A stretch of DNA of 50,192 nucleotides from positions 1-50,192 of the forward strand of contig CAVTET010000013.1 in the NCBI GenBank assembly GCA_963733675.1. Reading direction: 5' to 3'. The notes under the pieces were generated by a model. The model worked only from the letters and a program-made list of their open reading frames with translations. It searched no databases and had not been told where the DNA came from. Of this stretch, positions 1-10,564 are shown piece after piece. A program made the translations under genes and the position numbers. Position 1 is the first letter of the stretch, and the number at the start of each line of letters is the position of its first letter. The stretch is from an uncultured Methanosarcinaceae archaeon. GTDB taxonomy: Archaea; Halobacteriota; Methanosarcinia; Methanosarcinales; Methanosarcinaceae.

Positions 1-1
1 A

Positions 2-766
2 AATACCCCTTACAATGCCCCACAAATCAAGACGCGTTCAGAGACGGGCAATGTAAAACAGATCAATCATACAAATCTTGAATCTTATTTGTTAAAATGC
101 CCACATGATGCTGAAACATTTCACCTAGTACGAACTAACTACCTATGGGGAGAGGTAGCAGAGATTCTTGCTAGATGTGGGGTTCCTTTCAGTGGAATTA
201 CAAGATACTCATGGACACAAAGCGAGCGTAATCTATACAATGCGATTCAATCAATTCGGATATTCAGACAATTAACAAAATCCGAATTTTGTGCATTATT
301 GGATTATTATCCTGCAAGATTAACGGGAGCTCCAAGCAACCCAAGAGATGTAGCAGATTACAAAGCAGACATTGAAGCGAGAGCTAGTATCCCAACAATG
401 ACCAAATTAAATCCTAATCTTATAGAATCGATAAAAACTGAAGACCCGCTTAAACTGTCAAATATTAAAAAAGGATTAACAAGGCTGAAGATAGAAGGAG
501 CATTCCGAAGGGGGCTGCTAAGAATATCAGCAAATGATGTGAGCATGGTCAAAATTCTCACAATTCATGGGTCAAAAGGAATGCAAGCAACAAATGTATT
601 TTTACACACCGGAATTACAAGAGCGATCGATCAGGGAATGCTGACAAAAAAAGGTAGGGAAAACGAAGCTTTTGTTTGGTATGTCGGAGTTACAAGGACA
701 TATAACAATTTGGTATTTGTGTCATATCCAGGCTGTCAATATCAAATATCAGGGGTATGTACTTGA
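2..766 (+). CDS. UvrD/REP-family SF1 helicase, C-terminal part (5' truncated by window)
   Basis: Frame open from base 2; motif V-like LTIHGSKGMQ and motif VI-like ENEAFVWYVGVTR. Confidence 0.8.
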   Translation, partial: NTPYNAPQIKTRSETGNVKQINHTNLESYLLKCPHDAETFHLVRTNYLWGEVAEILARCGVPFSGITRYSWTQSERNLYNAIQSIRIFRQLTKSEFCALLDYYPARLTGAPSNPRDVADYKADIEARASIPTMTKLNPNLIESIKTEDPLKLSNIKKGLTRLKIEGAFRRGLLRISANDVSMVKILTIHGSKGMQATNVFLHTGITRAIDQGMLTKKGRENEAFVWYVGVTRTYNNLVFVSYPGCQYQISGVCT

Positions 767-2076
767 CTAAGACAATGGAGATAACGGCAACTGAAGAAAC
801 CATTTTACATTATCTAAACCCGCTGATAAAGGAAACAATTATCAGAGTATCGAATTATGGGAACTGCAAAAGATGGGCTAACGGAGATCGATTCCACTGG
901 TACAGTGATTATGAAAAACAGCCTATACCGATGACGGACAAGTATTATGACGAGTTGGTAAAAAAGCACCGTACCTTATATAGCACACTCTCACTGTTCA
1001 ACAAAAATGTGTTTGGGCTAGAATTCCGGAACCTGACATCAGACGAAAAAAAGAATATAAGCAAGCAGTATGTTGAGAAATATACATTAGGGATTGATAT
1101 TGATACAGTGGACGAAGTCAAAGGACACGGTATTAACATTCAGGAACCTAAAGTAAAGGAAGCAGTTGAAGCAGCTGCACAGTGGTACGTAGATAAGTTC
1201 AGAAAATTTGCTCCAAATTCAGTATATTGTTTGTTCTCTGGTGGCGGGATTTACGTACTGTTACACCATGAAGTCTTAAAGGATTATTTTGAACGAATTG
1301 GTTTTGGTGGGAAGGAAGATTATATCAAGCTTATAAAAACGCTTATAGATACTATTAATGAATTGACTAAGGCATACGAGATAGAATTCTTTAAAAAATA
1401 TCCAGACTACATAAAATACGTAAAAATTGACCACATTAACGGTGCAAAATGGATATTTAAAACCATATTCAGCGTTCACAAAACTCATAAATTTGCAGTA
1501 ATTCCACTAGACCAAAATAATATAAAAATTAAATTTGAAGAAGCAACAATTCCACTGAAAGAAGAAATAATTAAACGGGGAGCATATTGGTATACAGTTT
1601 ATGATGATACGAATGATTTTTTGGTAGAACTGTCTCCATACCTTCAAAAAATTGAGAAAAAAACGTTAGAACAAGAACGAAAACAATTTACTTCCCCAAC
1701 TCAATTCAGAGTATCAGATATGAGTCATGATTATGATGAATACCCACCTTGCATAAAACACATATTAGGATTGGATAGATGCGGAGTAGGTGCAACCCGA
1801 GCACTCGCGTTTTTAGCATCATTTTTAGGACATATCGAGCAGGACGCTGATAAAGCATATAATATATGGTCAAAAGTTGCAAAAAGGTGGCATGCGGTAG
1901 CTCTGGAATCAAATGTATTTCAATCCCATTATAAAGTCATGCACTGCGCATCTTGCACAACCTTAAACACCTACAGGGGCGGTTTTCCACACGTGGATAT
2001 CATAGAAATAGGAGCATGCAAGCCAGATTTAAGATGCCTGCAAATTAACTCTTCTAACCCTATATATTTATACTGA
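757..2076 (+). CDS. Archaeo-eukaryotic primase: PriS-like catalytic domain fused to PriL-like Fe-S C-terminal domain
   Basis: GIDID (DxD), FSGGGIYV, KID...FKTIFSVH; C-terminal YPPCIKHI...HCASC...GACKPDLRC...NPIYLY pattern typical of the PriL CTD. Confidence 0.75.
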   Translation: MYLTKTMEITATEETILHYLNPLIKETIIRVSNYGNCKRWANGDRFHWYSDYEKQPIPMTDKYYDELVKKHRTLYSTLSLFNKNVFGLEFRNLTSDEKKNISKQYVEKYTLGIDIDTVDEVKGHGINIQEPKVKEAVEAAAQWYVDKFRKFAPNSVYCLFSGGGIYVLLHHEVLKDYFERIGFGGKEDYIKLIKTLIDTINELTKAYEIEFFKKYPDYIKYVKIDHINGAKWIFKTIFSVHKTHKFAVIPLDQNNIKIKFEEATIPLKEEIIKRGAYWYTVYDDTNDFLVELSPYLQKIEKKTLEQERKQFTSPTQFRVSDMSHDYDEYPPCIKHILGLDRCGVGATRALAFLASFLGHIEQDADKAYNIWSKVAKRWHAVALESNVFQSHYKVMHCASCTTLNTYRGGFPHVDIIEIGACKPDLRCLQINSSNPIYLY

Positions 2077-2137
2077 TAACAAAATGTACATAGAAAAACT
2101 CAAAGCTGATTTTCTTGCCAACTAGTTCAAAAATGTT

Positions 2138-2369
2138 TTTGTAACGGGTATATTCAGCTTTCAGATAGGTAGTTACCCTTAAATTACAGCTATTGATATC
2201 GTTTTATACAAAGCAGATATATTTGTAACGGGTATATAATCATTTTTTTTTGTTTTTGAAAATATCCGTTACACCCATTACACCCGTTACAAACTAAATT
2301 GGTAAGGGCAGATAATATCGTTTTTGGTGTAATGGATTGAGTACATTTTACCAGTTACACCCGTTACAT
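2138..2369. repeat. Cluster of GTAACGGGT/ACCCGTTAC repeats; putative iterons/origin
   Basis: Copies at 2141, 2225, 2266-2290 and 2355-2368 in both orientations, directly after the primase. Confidence 0.6.
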
Positions 2370-2481
2370 ACTCAGAAGCTATAAGATTAATTTCTTGCCA
2401 TACCTATTATAAACATTTATTAGAATCGTGTCTGTATCCATTCAATATCCCCAATAAGTGATTTAAATGATCCTAGATGTC

Positions 2482-2570
2482 AAAAAGTTGATCTGTGAAC
2501 TGCAAGTGGGTCAATGCATGCAGCCCATAGAAGGGTTGGTTGAAAGGTAGGGTAGACCTTTAAACTATGA
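2482..2570 (-). ncRNA. Putative sRNA, family 1 copy A
   Basis: TATA-like box at ~2585-2600; GCTGCA...TGCAGT hairpin followed by GATCAACTTTTT; ends approximate. Confidence 0.5.
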
Positions 2571-2733
2571 CTCAATTTAAATTAAATATAGTTTTTTTAT
2601 ATATTCTAAATAGCAAAATTCAAACTAAAAAATTATGAAGTCTTGATTTTATAATACCTATCTAAAAAAAGGAACAATTTTTGGATATCCAGATAAAACC
2701 TGGAACCTACTCATTTAATATTGTTATTTTTAT

Positions 2734-3969
2734 TTACTTCTCAATTGGTAATTTTTTTTCTATCTTATGGTGTTTGAAGTGATTTTTTGATTTATGTTTA
2801 CTAAAAGGAGCTTTAGTTTTGGAAAAATTTACTTTATCTTTTAGAACGTTACCACCTATAAACTGCCCGATGGCAACTGGATGTGATCCGACAGTTACAT
2901 TAGTTATAACCTTGTTTGTGGTTGTGTCGATTACAGAGACAGTATCATCGTTCCAATTCGCTACATATACCTTTTTTCCCGTTGGGTTGACTGCAACTCC
3001 ATTAGGTTTTTCTCCTACAGGCACTGTAGCTATAACTTTGTTTGTTTTAGTGTTAATTACAGATATGGTATTGCTGTCCTCATTTGCCACATATACTTTT
3101 TTTCCATCCGGTGTGACTGCAATTCCATAAGGAGACTCTCCTACCTTTATATCGGTAACGACAGTGTTTGTAGCTGTGTCAATAACAGAGACAATTCCAA
3201 TAGATGTATTTTCACCATCCGAATTAGTTACATAGATTTTTGTTCCCACTGGATTGACTGCAATTCCCTTAGGAAATAATCCGCTTACATGTACTGAAGC
3301 TTTAATAGTATTAGTGGACGTATTAATTACAATTACGTCGTCGTTGTCATAGCACGTTACATAGACTTTTTTCTCATCCGGACTTACTACAATTCCATAA
3401 GGCTCACCTGATAATGGTATAGTGTTTGTAACTTCATTTGTCGCAGTGTCAATAACAGAAGCACTTCCTCCCTTTAGTCCTCCATTATTCGCTACATAAA
3501 CTTTTTTTCCACTTGGACTGACTGCAACTCCATAAGGAGTTGTGTCCTTTCCTACATTCACACGATCTATTTCCTCATTTGTAGTTTTGTTAATTATAGA
3601 TGCAGTTCCATCATGGTCGCTCATCAAACATATTCTCTCAGTTGGACCAGCTACAAGTCCATAAGGATATGCCAGCCCCCCTACAGATATATTGGCTGTA
3701 ACCTTGTTTGTGTCTGTGTCTATTACGGAAACGGTGTCTACCCAATCCGTTACATAAACTTTTTTCCCGTATGTGGTAGCTGCAACTCCATATCCCCCTA
3801 TATTTACAGTGGCTGTAACTTTATCTGTTGCTGTATCAATTACCGATACATTGTTGCTGCCTTCATTCGTAATATAAGCAAAGGGCGTTGCAGATGTGAT
3901 ACTTATCAGCACTAAAATAATAAATGCTGACATCAAGGCTATTGAAAATAACTTACGTATACTTATCAT
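2734..3969 (-). CDS. Secreted YVTN beta-propeller repeat protein with Lys/His-rich tail
   Basis: Signal peptide, repeated PYGVAVxPxGKKVYV(T/A)N / VSVIDT units. Confidence 0.92.
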   Translation of the reverse strand: MISIRKLFSIALMSAFIILVLISITSATPFAYITNEGSNNVSVIDTATDKVTATVNIGGYGVAATTYGKKVYVTDWVDTVSVIDTDTNKVTANISVGGLAYPYGLVAGPTERICLMSDHDGTASIINKTTNEEIDRVNVGKDTTPYGVAVSPSGKKVYVANNGGLKGGSASVIDTATNEVTNTIPLSGEPYGIVVSPDEKKVYVTCYDNDDVIVINTSTNTIKASVHVSGLFPKGIAVNPVGTKIYVTNSDGENTSIGIVSVIDTATNTVVTDIKVGESPYGIAVTPDGKKVYVANEDSNTISVINTKTNKVIATVPVGEKPNGVAVNPTGKKVYVANWNDDTVSVIDTTTNKVITNVTVGSHPVAIGQFIGGNVLKDKVNFSKTKAPFSKHKSKNHFKHHKIEKKLPIEK

Positions 3970-4022
3970 GTATTTTCCCCCTTTTCTAGACCTAAATTTA
4001 AAAAATTATTATATGTTCCATT

Positions 4023-4804
4023 TTGTATAGAATATTTATCAATCTGCTGGTTCAGAAGTATCAGTCCGTGGGGGGTATTTTTAAACAATTGCCGGGAAAC
4101 AATCATGTTAAATTCAATTGCATATTGTTTCAGACAGTTGCCAGTATAGACAGGGAAAAAGCAGAAAGATTAGATCAAGAATGGAGAGAAAACGGGGGAC
4201 GATGTCCCCTGATAGCTGAAGACACGGAAGACATCAAAATACATAAGAAGACAAACAAAGATGACTTCTGTATAAACGATTTCAGTAGCAACGATAATAA
4301 TATAGTCTATATAAATAAAGATATCAGAAGACAAGAAATAAAAGAGAAGATAGGAGAACAGAATTATACTCCCAATTTAGAATACCCCCCAGCAGTTGTA
4401 AATAATGAACAAGAAAAAGATGAAAAAATATTTTCTTACAAGTAAATGGAAAAAGTCTGTCTTCTGGTGAAATTCAGGGAAAAGTGTGCCAACAGCTATC
4501 GAAAAGCAGAATACAAACTGATTGTCTTTCGGTGTCTTCTGATGTCTTCACTACCCCTAATTTGTCTTCTGAAGCAATTGTAGACACTGATGAACAAAGA
4601 CATGTTGATAATTCAGATTTAGCTCCGCTACTTAGAAAAGCATTAAACAAACTTGCTAACTCTAATGAATATAATGGTGTAGTAGAAGACATAGACGCTT
4701 TTGTAAGTGTATTTAACGAAAGGACCCCTTAATACAAAATACGGTTTGGCCAGTGGGCGGTATTATATAACGCAGAAAAACAGAAAGCTAGGGATTGGAA
4801 GTAA
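4023..4804 (+). pseudogene. Degenerate 3' end of a replication module plus small YNGVVE-motif ORF (internal stop at 4730-4732)
   Basis: Read-through tail LRKALNKLANSNEYNGVVEDI...AEKQKARDWK aligns with 17416-17727; dense GAAGAC/GTCTTC repeats at 4218-4690. Confidence 0.45.
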
Positions 4805-4818
4805 TAGTCCTAGATATT

Positions 4819-4905
4819 AAAAAGTTGACCTTATAAGTTGTAGGGATTTTCACCCTACAGCTTGCGCACTTATCTACTTTGATGATATATGGGATGCTGT
4901 TGCAA
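4819..4905 (-). ncRNA. Putative sRNA, family 1 copy B
   Basis: AAAAGTATATAA promoter, GCTGTAGGG-TGAAAAT-CCCTACAAC hairpin, GGTCAACTTTTT end. Confidence 0.55.
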
Positions 4906-5179
4906 ATATAATTAAATTTAGTAAATTATATACTTTTGCTAATATATTATTCGAATCTAAATGATTTAGTATTAACATTAGTGGTTCTTATTTCAGAATT
5001 ATGGTAGATACATCCTTTCTAGGCAATCGATGACTACATCTCAACCCCAAAAGCATGTTTACACTTCCTGTAATAGGAGAATTGCATTTAATTCCTGAAA
5101 ATGCCTAGATTGTCCCGCAATCGATCTTTTTATGCTTTATTTAATTGGTGTAGGTGAACAGGCGCAAATCTGAAATGTC

Positions 5180-5265
5180 AAAAAAGTTGATCTTGTAGCC
5201 GCAGGTGTCAGCTGCCTGCAGCCTGTTGGAGAATCTATTGCAAGGTACTGGAATACCTATACTAT
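5180..5265 (-). ncRNA. Putative sRNA, family 1 copy C
   Basis: AAAAAGTATATTA promoter, GGCTGCAGG...CCTGCGGCT hairpin, AAGATCAACTTTTTT; 361 bp from copy B. Confidence 0.55.
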
Positions 5266-5696
5266 ATAACAAGATTTAATTAATAATATACTTTTTGCAT
5301 ATATACTATATAGTCTAGTTTTGAATAAATAGTATAGAACATAAGTGAAAACCTAGCTAAAAACCAAATGGATTATCCCCCTTTACTTTATTTATATCTG
5401 ATAAAAGTGATAAAAACATATAAAAAATATCGAGAACCTACCCAAAGTTCTGATTATGTACGAGCCTGGGGAATTGAATTGGTCAAAAGAACGACTTAAT
5501 CTGAGCTCACTAGTGAGACTTTTATTAAAAGTTCAATGAATTAATCATTGCCTTTCCAAAAAAATGGTCCACCGAGCCTGAGAATGGCGTATTGTGGATT
5601 TGACGTGTATAACCCATTTCCATACAGAACAAAATGAACTAAATGTTCAAATATAATACTGATTAATATTAATTATAAAGTAAAAACGGTGATAAT

Positions 5697-6128
5697 ATGG
5701 CTCGTCCTTCGAAACTGACTCCTGATATACAAAAAAGAATTGGCGATAATATTGCTTTAGGACACACATACCGGTTGGCTGCAGAATCAGTTGGTGTCAC
5801 ATATAAAACATTCAATGAATATATGAACAGGGGACAGACAGAGAAATCTGGGAAATATTTCCAGTTTTATAAATATATTCAAAAATGCAATGCTGATGCC
5901 GCAAAAGTTCTTTTGGAACGCATAAACGAAGCAGCCAAAAATGGTAACATGCAAATGTGTACTTGGATACTTGAACGCCGTTTTGCGTCAGACTTTGGAC
6001 GCCGGGTCTATAAGAAAACAAATATTGTATCTGATAATCAAAATGTGAGTGTTGAGATAGCATTCAATGATGCAGATGGCATTAGGGCACAAATTATAGA
6101 GAAGTTTGCATTGGGCAGAGATAATTAA
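5697..6128 (+). CDS. HTH protein resembling phage terminase small subunits
   Basis: MARPSKLTP, HTH-like AAESVGVTYKTFNEY, WILERRF..DFGRR; paralog at 20759. Confidence 0.55.
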   Translation: MARPSKLTPDIQKRIGDNIALGHTYRLAAESVGVTYKTFNEYMNRGQTEKSGKYFQFYKYIQKCNADAAKVLLERINEAAKNGNMQMCTWILERRFASDFGRRVYKKTNIVSDNQNVSVEIAFNDADGIRAQIIEKFALGRDN

Positions 6129-6163
6129 AAATTTTTTATTCTATTGTGTAATTATAACGGGAG

Positions 6164-6502
6164 TTACCAAAATCGCCACCATGGTTTCTTTGCTCCCGGA
6201 GCTTCAATTGTTTTTTGATTTAGGATAGTTTGAACTTGTATCATATAGTTATTATGGATACTTTTTAAATCATCTATTTCTTTTCTCAAAAACTCAATTT
6301 CGATCTGCTGTTCCTGTATCCGACCATTGTCCGGCGCTGTCTGGCAGTTGTCGCACGGATCATTTGCTCTGATTAATAAGTCTAGCCCTTTGATTATAGC
6401 TTCTGTCGGACTATCATACCCCAGTTGTCGCACAGATTCAAGAGTTATAACTGAGATGCGAACACTTATCTTACGTTTCTCATCTGCCATATTATCTGGC
6501 AT
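6164..6502 (-). CDS. RHH-like DNA-binding / coiled-coil protein ending KKPWWRFW
   Basis: KRKISVRIS beta-strand-like start, heptad region, aromatic-basic C-terminus; paralog at 21287. Confidence 0.7.
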   Translation of the reverse strand: MPDNMADEKRKISVRISVITLESVRQLGYDSPTEAIIKGLDLLIRANDPCDNCQTAPDNGRIQEQQIEIEFLRKEIDDLKSIHNNYMIQVQTILNQKTIEAPGAKKPWWRFW

Positions 6503-6630
6503 ATGTCAGGCATTTAATATAAAGTGTCGCACGTTATTTGGAAAGAATATTATGTCCGAAACGGTCCGGCACGGTAATGCCAATTGAAAAGTTGATTTTT
6601 ATAAGAAAACCGTGTCGATCTCAGACTCAT

Positions 6631-6702
6631 GGAGCTTTTGGACCTCATGGAGCTTATGGAACTCCTAAAACATCTGGAGCTCCTGGAACACTTGGAACTA
6701 AT
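6631..6702. repeat. 9-bp-period tandem repeat (GGARCTYMT-like x8)
   Basis: GGAGCTTTT GGACCTCAT GGAGCTTAT GGAACTCCT AAAACATCT GGAGCTCCT GGAACACTT GGAACTAAT. Confidence 0.85.
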
Positions 6703-6974
6703 TAACCCAAACACCCATTGTAAATAGAAAAATAAAGAAATAATAATTATATAGTACTCAAAACAAAATTAAAAATACGAATAAACGAAATCAAAACTCA
6801 ATTTTTCAATACTTTAGTCTCAATTAATAAATTTCTAATAAATTCTCTATCTCTTTACTTTCAATGAGAACTAATTTTTTAATGTGTCTTGATGCTGTTT
6901 ACGTCAATATATCTGAATATTAGTTGAATAGCAACCGTTCATCACAAATCAGAATTTTTTAGGGAGCTACACAA

Positions 6975-7991
6975 ATGTTCCAGACTGAACCTACAATTTG
7001 CCTCCAACACCTTGGAAACCAATTTTTTACACATCTAATGCAGCAAATAACTCAAATGGGATATCCCTCGTCAATAGTGCCCATCATAGTTATAGCTATT
7101 TTTGGCATTGATTTTAAAAAAAGTTTTCTTCTGTTTCAGCTATTTATGTGGACAGACCTGGTTACCGATATTCTAAAAATATTAGTCGGATTTCCAAGGC
7201 CTTATTATGTGGATAAAAGGGTCATTAACCTAGAAAATAACATAACAAGTACATCGAGTTTTAGTGGGAATAGAATAAAAGGCATTTTTGCTCTTCCTGA
7301 CAACCAGATTCTTAACACATTTCGTCTTCAAGAAGCTTTTAAACCTGGTTCTCTTGGTTTTCCTTCAGGGCACGTGTCGCTTACAACCGCACTATGGGGA
7401 GGGGATGCAACTGTTTTCAACAATCGGTTAATCAAAATATTAACTCCTTTCGCAATGGTATTGATGGCATTTTCAAGAGTATACCTAGGGAAACATTTCA
7501 TAGGAGATGTTGTAGGTGGAGCTATTGTCGGATTAATTTCCATAGTAGTTTTTGCGTATTTCCTGAAAAGCTCTCTGAGACAAGATTTTTTTAAAAAAGA
7601 GAGTTTTGAATTGGCTTTCAGACATGAGAATTTATTTTTTTACTGTTTTATGTTCGTTATTCCTATTATACTCATAGCATTCTCTCTGATAGGCTCTCAT
7701 CCTTTAAACACTGATATGGGATATTTACTTGGCATGAATGTCACATATCTCCTTATTATGAGAAAAGGAATACCAGATGACACCGGAACTGCGGGACAGC
7801 GGGCTACACGGGTGTTTATCGCGCTCCTGCTGTTTGAAGTGCCAAAAATAATTCTCAGCTGCGTGTTTTGTACAAATTACTTATTTGCAATAGAATTTCT
7901 GAAAACCTTCATTCCTGCATCTACAATCTGGGTTTCGGTAGTCATCTGCGAAAAATTTAACCTATATAAAAGAAATGAAGAAAGTTTATGA
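6975..7991 (+). CDS. PAP2-family membrane phosphatase
   Basis: KILVGFPRP, FPSGH and SRVYLGKHFIGD motifs; multiple TM segments. Confidence 0.9.
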   Translation: MFQTEPTICLQHLGNQFFTHLMQQITQMGYPSSIVPIIVIAIFGIDFKKSFLLFQLFMWTDLVTDILKILVGFPRPYYVDKRVINLENNITSTSSFSGNRIKGIFALPDNQILNTFRLQEAFKPGSLGFPSGHVSLTTALWGGDATVFNNRLIKILTPFAMVLMAFSRVYLGKHFIGDVVGGAIVGLISIVVFAYFLKSSLRQDFFKKESFELAFRHENLFFYCFMFVIPIILIAFSLIGSHPLNTDMGYLLGMNVTYLLIMRKGIPDDTGTAGQRATRVFIALLLFEVPKIILSCVFCTNYLFAIEFLKTFIPASTIWVSVVICEKFNLYKRNEESL

Positions 7992-8089
7992 GTAAGCCAG
8001 TTGACTTAACTTCAAAGTGCTGTGGAATGCAAAGCAAATGCATGTTGTGGGTTGTATAGAAAAAATATCGGATTTCAAAGAAACTAAAT

Positions 8090-8262
8090 AAAAAAGTTTA
8101 TAATGTACTAGACCAAATATTGTTTTGTCGAACAGACAAACAAATCCTCATACAGTAAATTCGATACTGTTGATGTGTGCAGCATCAGCAGTATTAATCT
8201 CTCCAATTCATAATACACTTTGATTTCCATAATAGTTAATTTTTGCAACGCTCAGACCCATC
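8090..8262 (+). ncRNA. Putative sRNA / conserved intergenic element, family 2
   Basis: AAAAAGTTTATAAT promoter, ATACTGTTG...CAGCAGTAT hairpin, T-rich end; homologs at 12225, 34796 and 43300. Confidence 0.45.
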
Positions 8263-8344
8263 CCCATGATGGACTCTATATCATTTTTTTGCCACACAAA
8301 CAGAGTCCAGAGTCAATGAGTAGGATAACAAAGCTGGTATTCTA

Positions 8345-8375
8345 ATGCAGAGTTTTTGCTATAAAACCTATGTAT
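8345..8375. other. 12-7-12 palindromic site
   Basis: ATGCAGAGTTTT-TGCTATA-AAACCTATGTAT. Confidence 0.6.
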
Positions 8376-8974
8376 CAGTGAAAGCAATACAGGAGCTTTA
8401 TCAATACCATAATTAACTATATCTCCTTCTTTTGAAACAAAAAAACCGAGTTATCATTTTTTTCCCGAACTTTGAGTACACCGATTTCTTGTACTTTAAT
8501 ACTTGAAATGTAGGATGATATAAAAAAGAAATAATAATTTCCTGCATATACACTAAAAAGGTGTAGAAATGAAAGCTGGAGTTTTAGTTTCTCATATTCT
8601 GTTATTAACCACAACACTTTTTTTACTTTTCACAATAGTTCCAGCAGCTGAATACAAAATAGTTAATATAGAAGTTAATGCAGAAAATAACGAAGGAAAT
8701 GCTAAAATAGGATTTAATAAAGCTTGAAATGAGCTAAATAATTAAAAAGGGGTTATTACAGTTCCCCTTTATTTTTTGCCGACATTACTTTATGCACTTG
8801 TGGGATTTGGTAAGTTCCATTTAATACCTTGGACCTGGTAGATACATTTTATATATCACATAAAAATTTCCATTGGGTGTGGATAGCCAATTTGATTCTT
8901 TTCTAGAAGGTTCACCGTGTTTGATGTAATGTCCAGGGAACTATCTAGATTTACCATGTAACACATTTTTATAT

Positions 8975-9238
8975 TCAGATTATATAGCTGCCACATCCAC
9001 CGTATCCGATGCCGTAACCGCAGCTGCCATACCAGGGATATCCAAAGCCATAGCCCCAGCCGCCATACCAGGGATATCCAAAGCCGTAACCCCAGCCACC
9101 GTAGCCACCCCAGCCACCGTAGCCGCCATGGCCCCAATGGCCGCCGCCGCGTGCACTAGCTGCAACTGCTGACAAAGATGTTACAAATAAAAATGCCAGT
9201 AAAATGGCAAGTACCTTTTTCATACTGAGTTTCAACAT
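8975..9238 (-). CDS. Small secreted Gly/Tyr/Trp-rich peptide (shared-leader family)
   Basis: AAAGGAGTGGAATAAATG RBS, signal peptide ending AASA, GYGGWG / GFGYPWY repeats. Confidence 0.85.
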   Translation of the reverse strand: MLKLSMKKVLAILLAFLFVTSLSAVAASARGGGHWGHGGYGGWGGYGGWGYGFGYPWYGGWGYGFGYPWYGSCGYGIGYGGCGSYII

Positions 9239-9565
9239 TTATTCCACTCCTTTTATTATATTTATAAGATAATATTTTTAGCCTTATCTTTGAATCATTG
9301 CTCTATCGATTAATAGTGAAACCAAACTTAACCGGCCTGCTAGTAAAAAGACAAGCATCTTTGTTACTGAGCAGCAATCATTAGTAATGTTTTAATTATA
9401 TATAAATATTATTAGATTAATAAAAAAATAAATGTAGAAGAGTTCACGAATGAATCCACACGTTTAAAAAGCGTATTTCTGCATTAAAATGGAAAAAAAT
9501 AAAGCATCAAATACCCTTCAATAAAATTCAAAAATGTAATTAACAACATAATTCCTATAATAACC

Positions 9566-9622
9566 CACCAGCACTACACTAACTGTGACTATGTGCTGAA
9601 CCCTCACACTAACCAATGGATT
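9566..9622 (+). pseudogene. Remnant of a secreted-peptide C-terminus
   Basis: Translates HQHYTNCDYVLNPHTNQWI, matching HGQYYPNCDWILNPYTNQWV of 23560-23883; no leader upstream. Confidence 0.6.
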
Positions 9623-9808
9623 GAAATGCTAATCAATGTGTATAGGCACCTATAATATATTCAAGTTTTAAGACCAGCTCCACTTTCAAGACAATGTTTC
9701 TAAGCATCTATAAATTCCAATTGGCTCTGTATCACTTTACTTCATCAAAAAATAGAATCCAGATCCGACAATTATTATTAACACATCTTATGCTTTTTCG
9801 TTTTCCTG

Positions 9809-9839
9809 ATGCACAGCTTTTGTGTGTAAACCTGTGCAT
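9809..9839. other. 12-7-12 palindromic site at inner edge of giant IR
   Basis: ATGCACAGCTTT-TGTGTGT-AAACCTGTGCAT (11/12 arm symmetry). Confidence 0.7.
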
Positions 9840-10080
9840 TACACTCATTTTTCAGCCAAAATAACCACCTTTCTTGACCTTATTGTGCCGAATATGCGCA
9901 GCTTTTTTTAAAAAATGTTTATTGTTGTGAGTAAAAGAATTTGCTATATTTATCCCAGCTTCAACTAATAAGGAAAAGTTATATAGTTTATGCAATTATA
10001 ATTGTTATTATAAAATTTTTTTGAAAGTTATTAATTTCTATTATCCATAATTTTAACCAATACCAATTGATTTGGTCTCA

Positions 10081-10492
10081 TGAACTGGTGGCAACAATGT
10101 CTCTGTAATTAACACAACAACTAATGCTGTTATAACTATTAATGATCCTAGCTTCAACTCTCCTGATGGAGTTGCAGTCAGCCCGGAAGGAAGAACACAC
10201 GCGGACACCTGGTTATGATGATTATGGCGGTGCTGTAGTCCCTGTAGCCCCCTTACCGGTAATGTCTAGCAGCCAGATGTATGGCAATGTACCTGATGGG
10301 TATGACAGTGAATCCAATGTGTATGCTAGTGGATCTTCTACAACAGAAATACAAAATTCGGAATCAGATGGTCACAAAGCTAAAGCACATTTGAGCAAAC
10401 ATAAACATAAGCACCAACATAAACACCATACAACCAAACAACATAAAACAGAGAAAAAAATACGTAGTATTAAAGTAGATAAAAACAGTTGA
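10081..10492 (+). pseudogene. Internally deleted remnant of a YVTN surface-protein gene
   Basis: GGNNVSVINTTTN fragment, then STTEIQNSES..KAHLSKHKHKH tail matching the C-terminus of 39077-41458. Confidence 0.75.
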
Positions 10493-10564
10493 ATTTCGAG
10501 ATAGGGGATCCACGTATGAAAGCGCTGGATATCCTGTATCCAAATTTTGAAAATGAAACAACAT

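Larger units (their letters stand above)
1366..9830. repeat. Left arm of giant inverted repeat (>=8.4 kb)
   Basis: ORFs and intergenic DNA mirror 41732-50192; coordinates sum to 51562 (5697/45865, 6975/44587, 8975/42587); the window's last bases reverse-complement to 1366 onward. Confidence 0.98.

Noticed and set aside
4819-5265. sRNA family 1 units as a CRISPR mini-array
   Set aside because: The period is ~361 bp, each unit has its own promoter, the repeats are diverged, and no cas genes are present.
6631-6702. 9-bp tract as a CRISPR array or collagen-like Gly-X-Y gene
   Set aside because: There are no spacers, and no conserved start codon for the Gly-X-Y or Leu/Glu frames across copies.
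8856-9165. Alternative-frame ORFs (MGPWRLRW..., MQLVHAAA...)
   Set aside because: Shadows of the Gly-rich peptide gene, which has the RBS and signal peptide.
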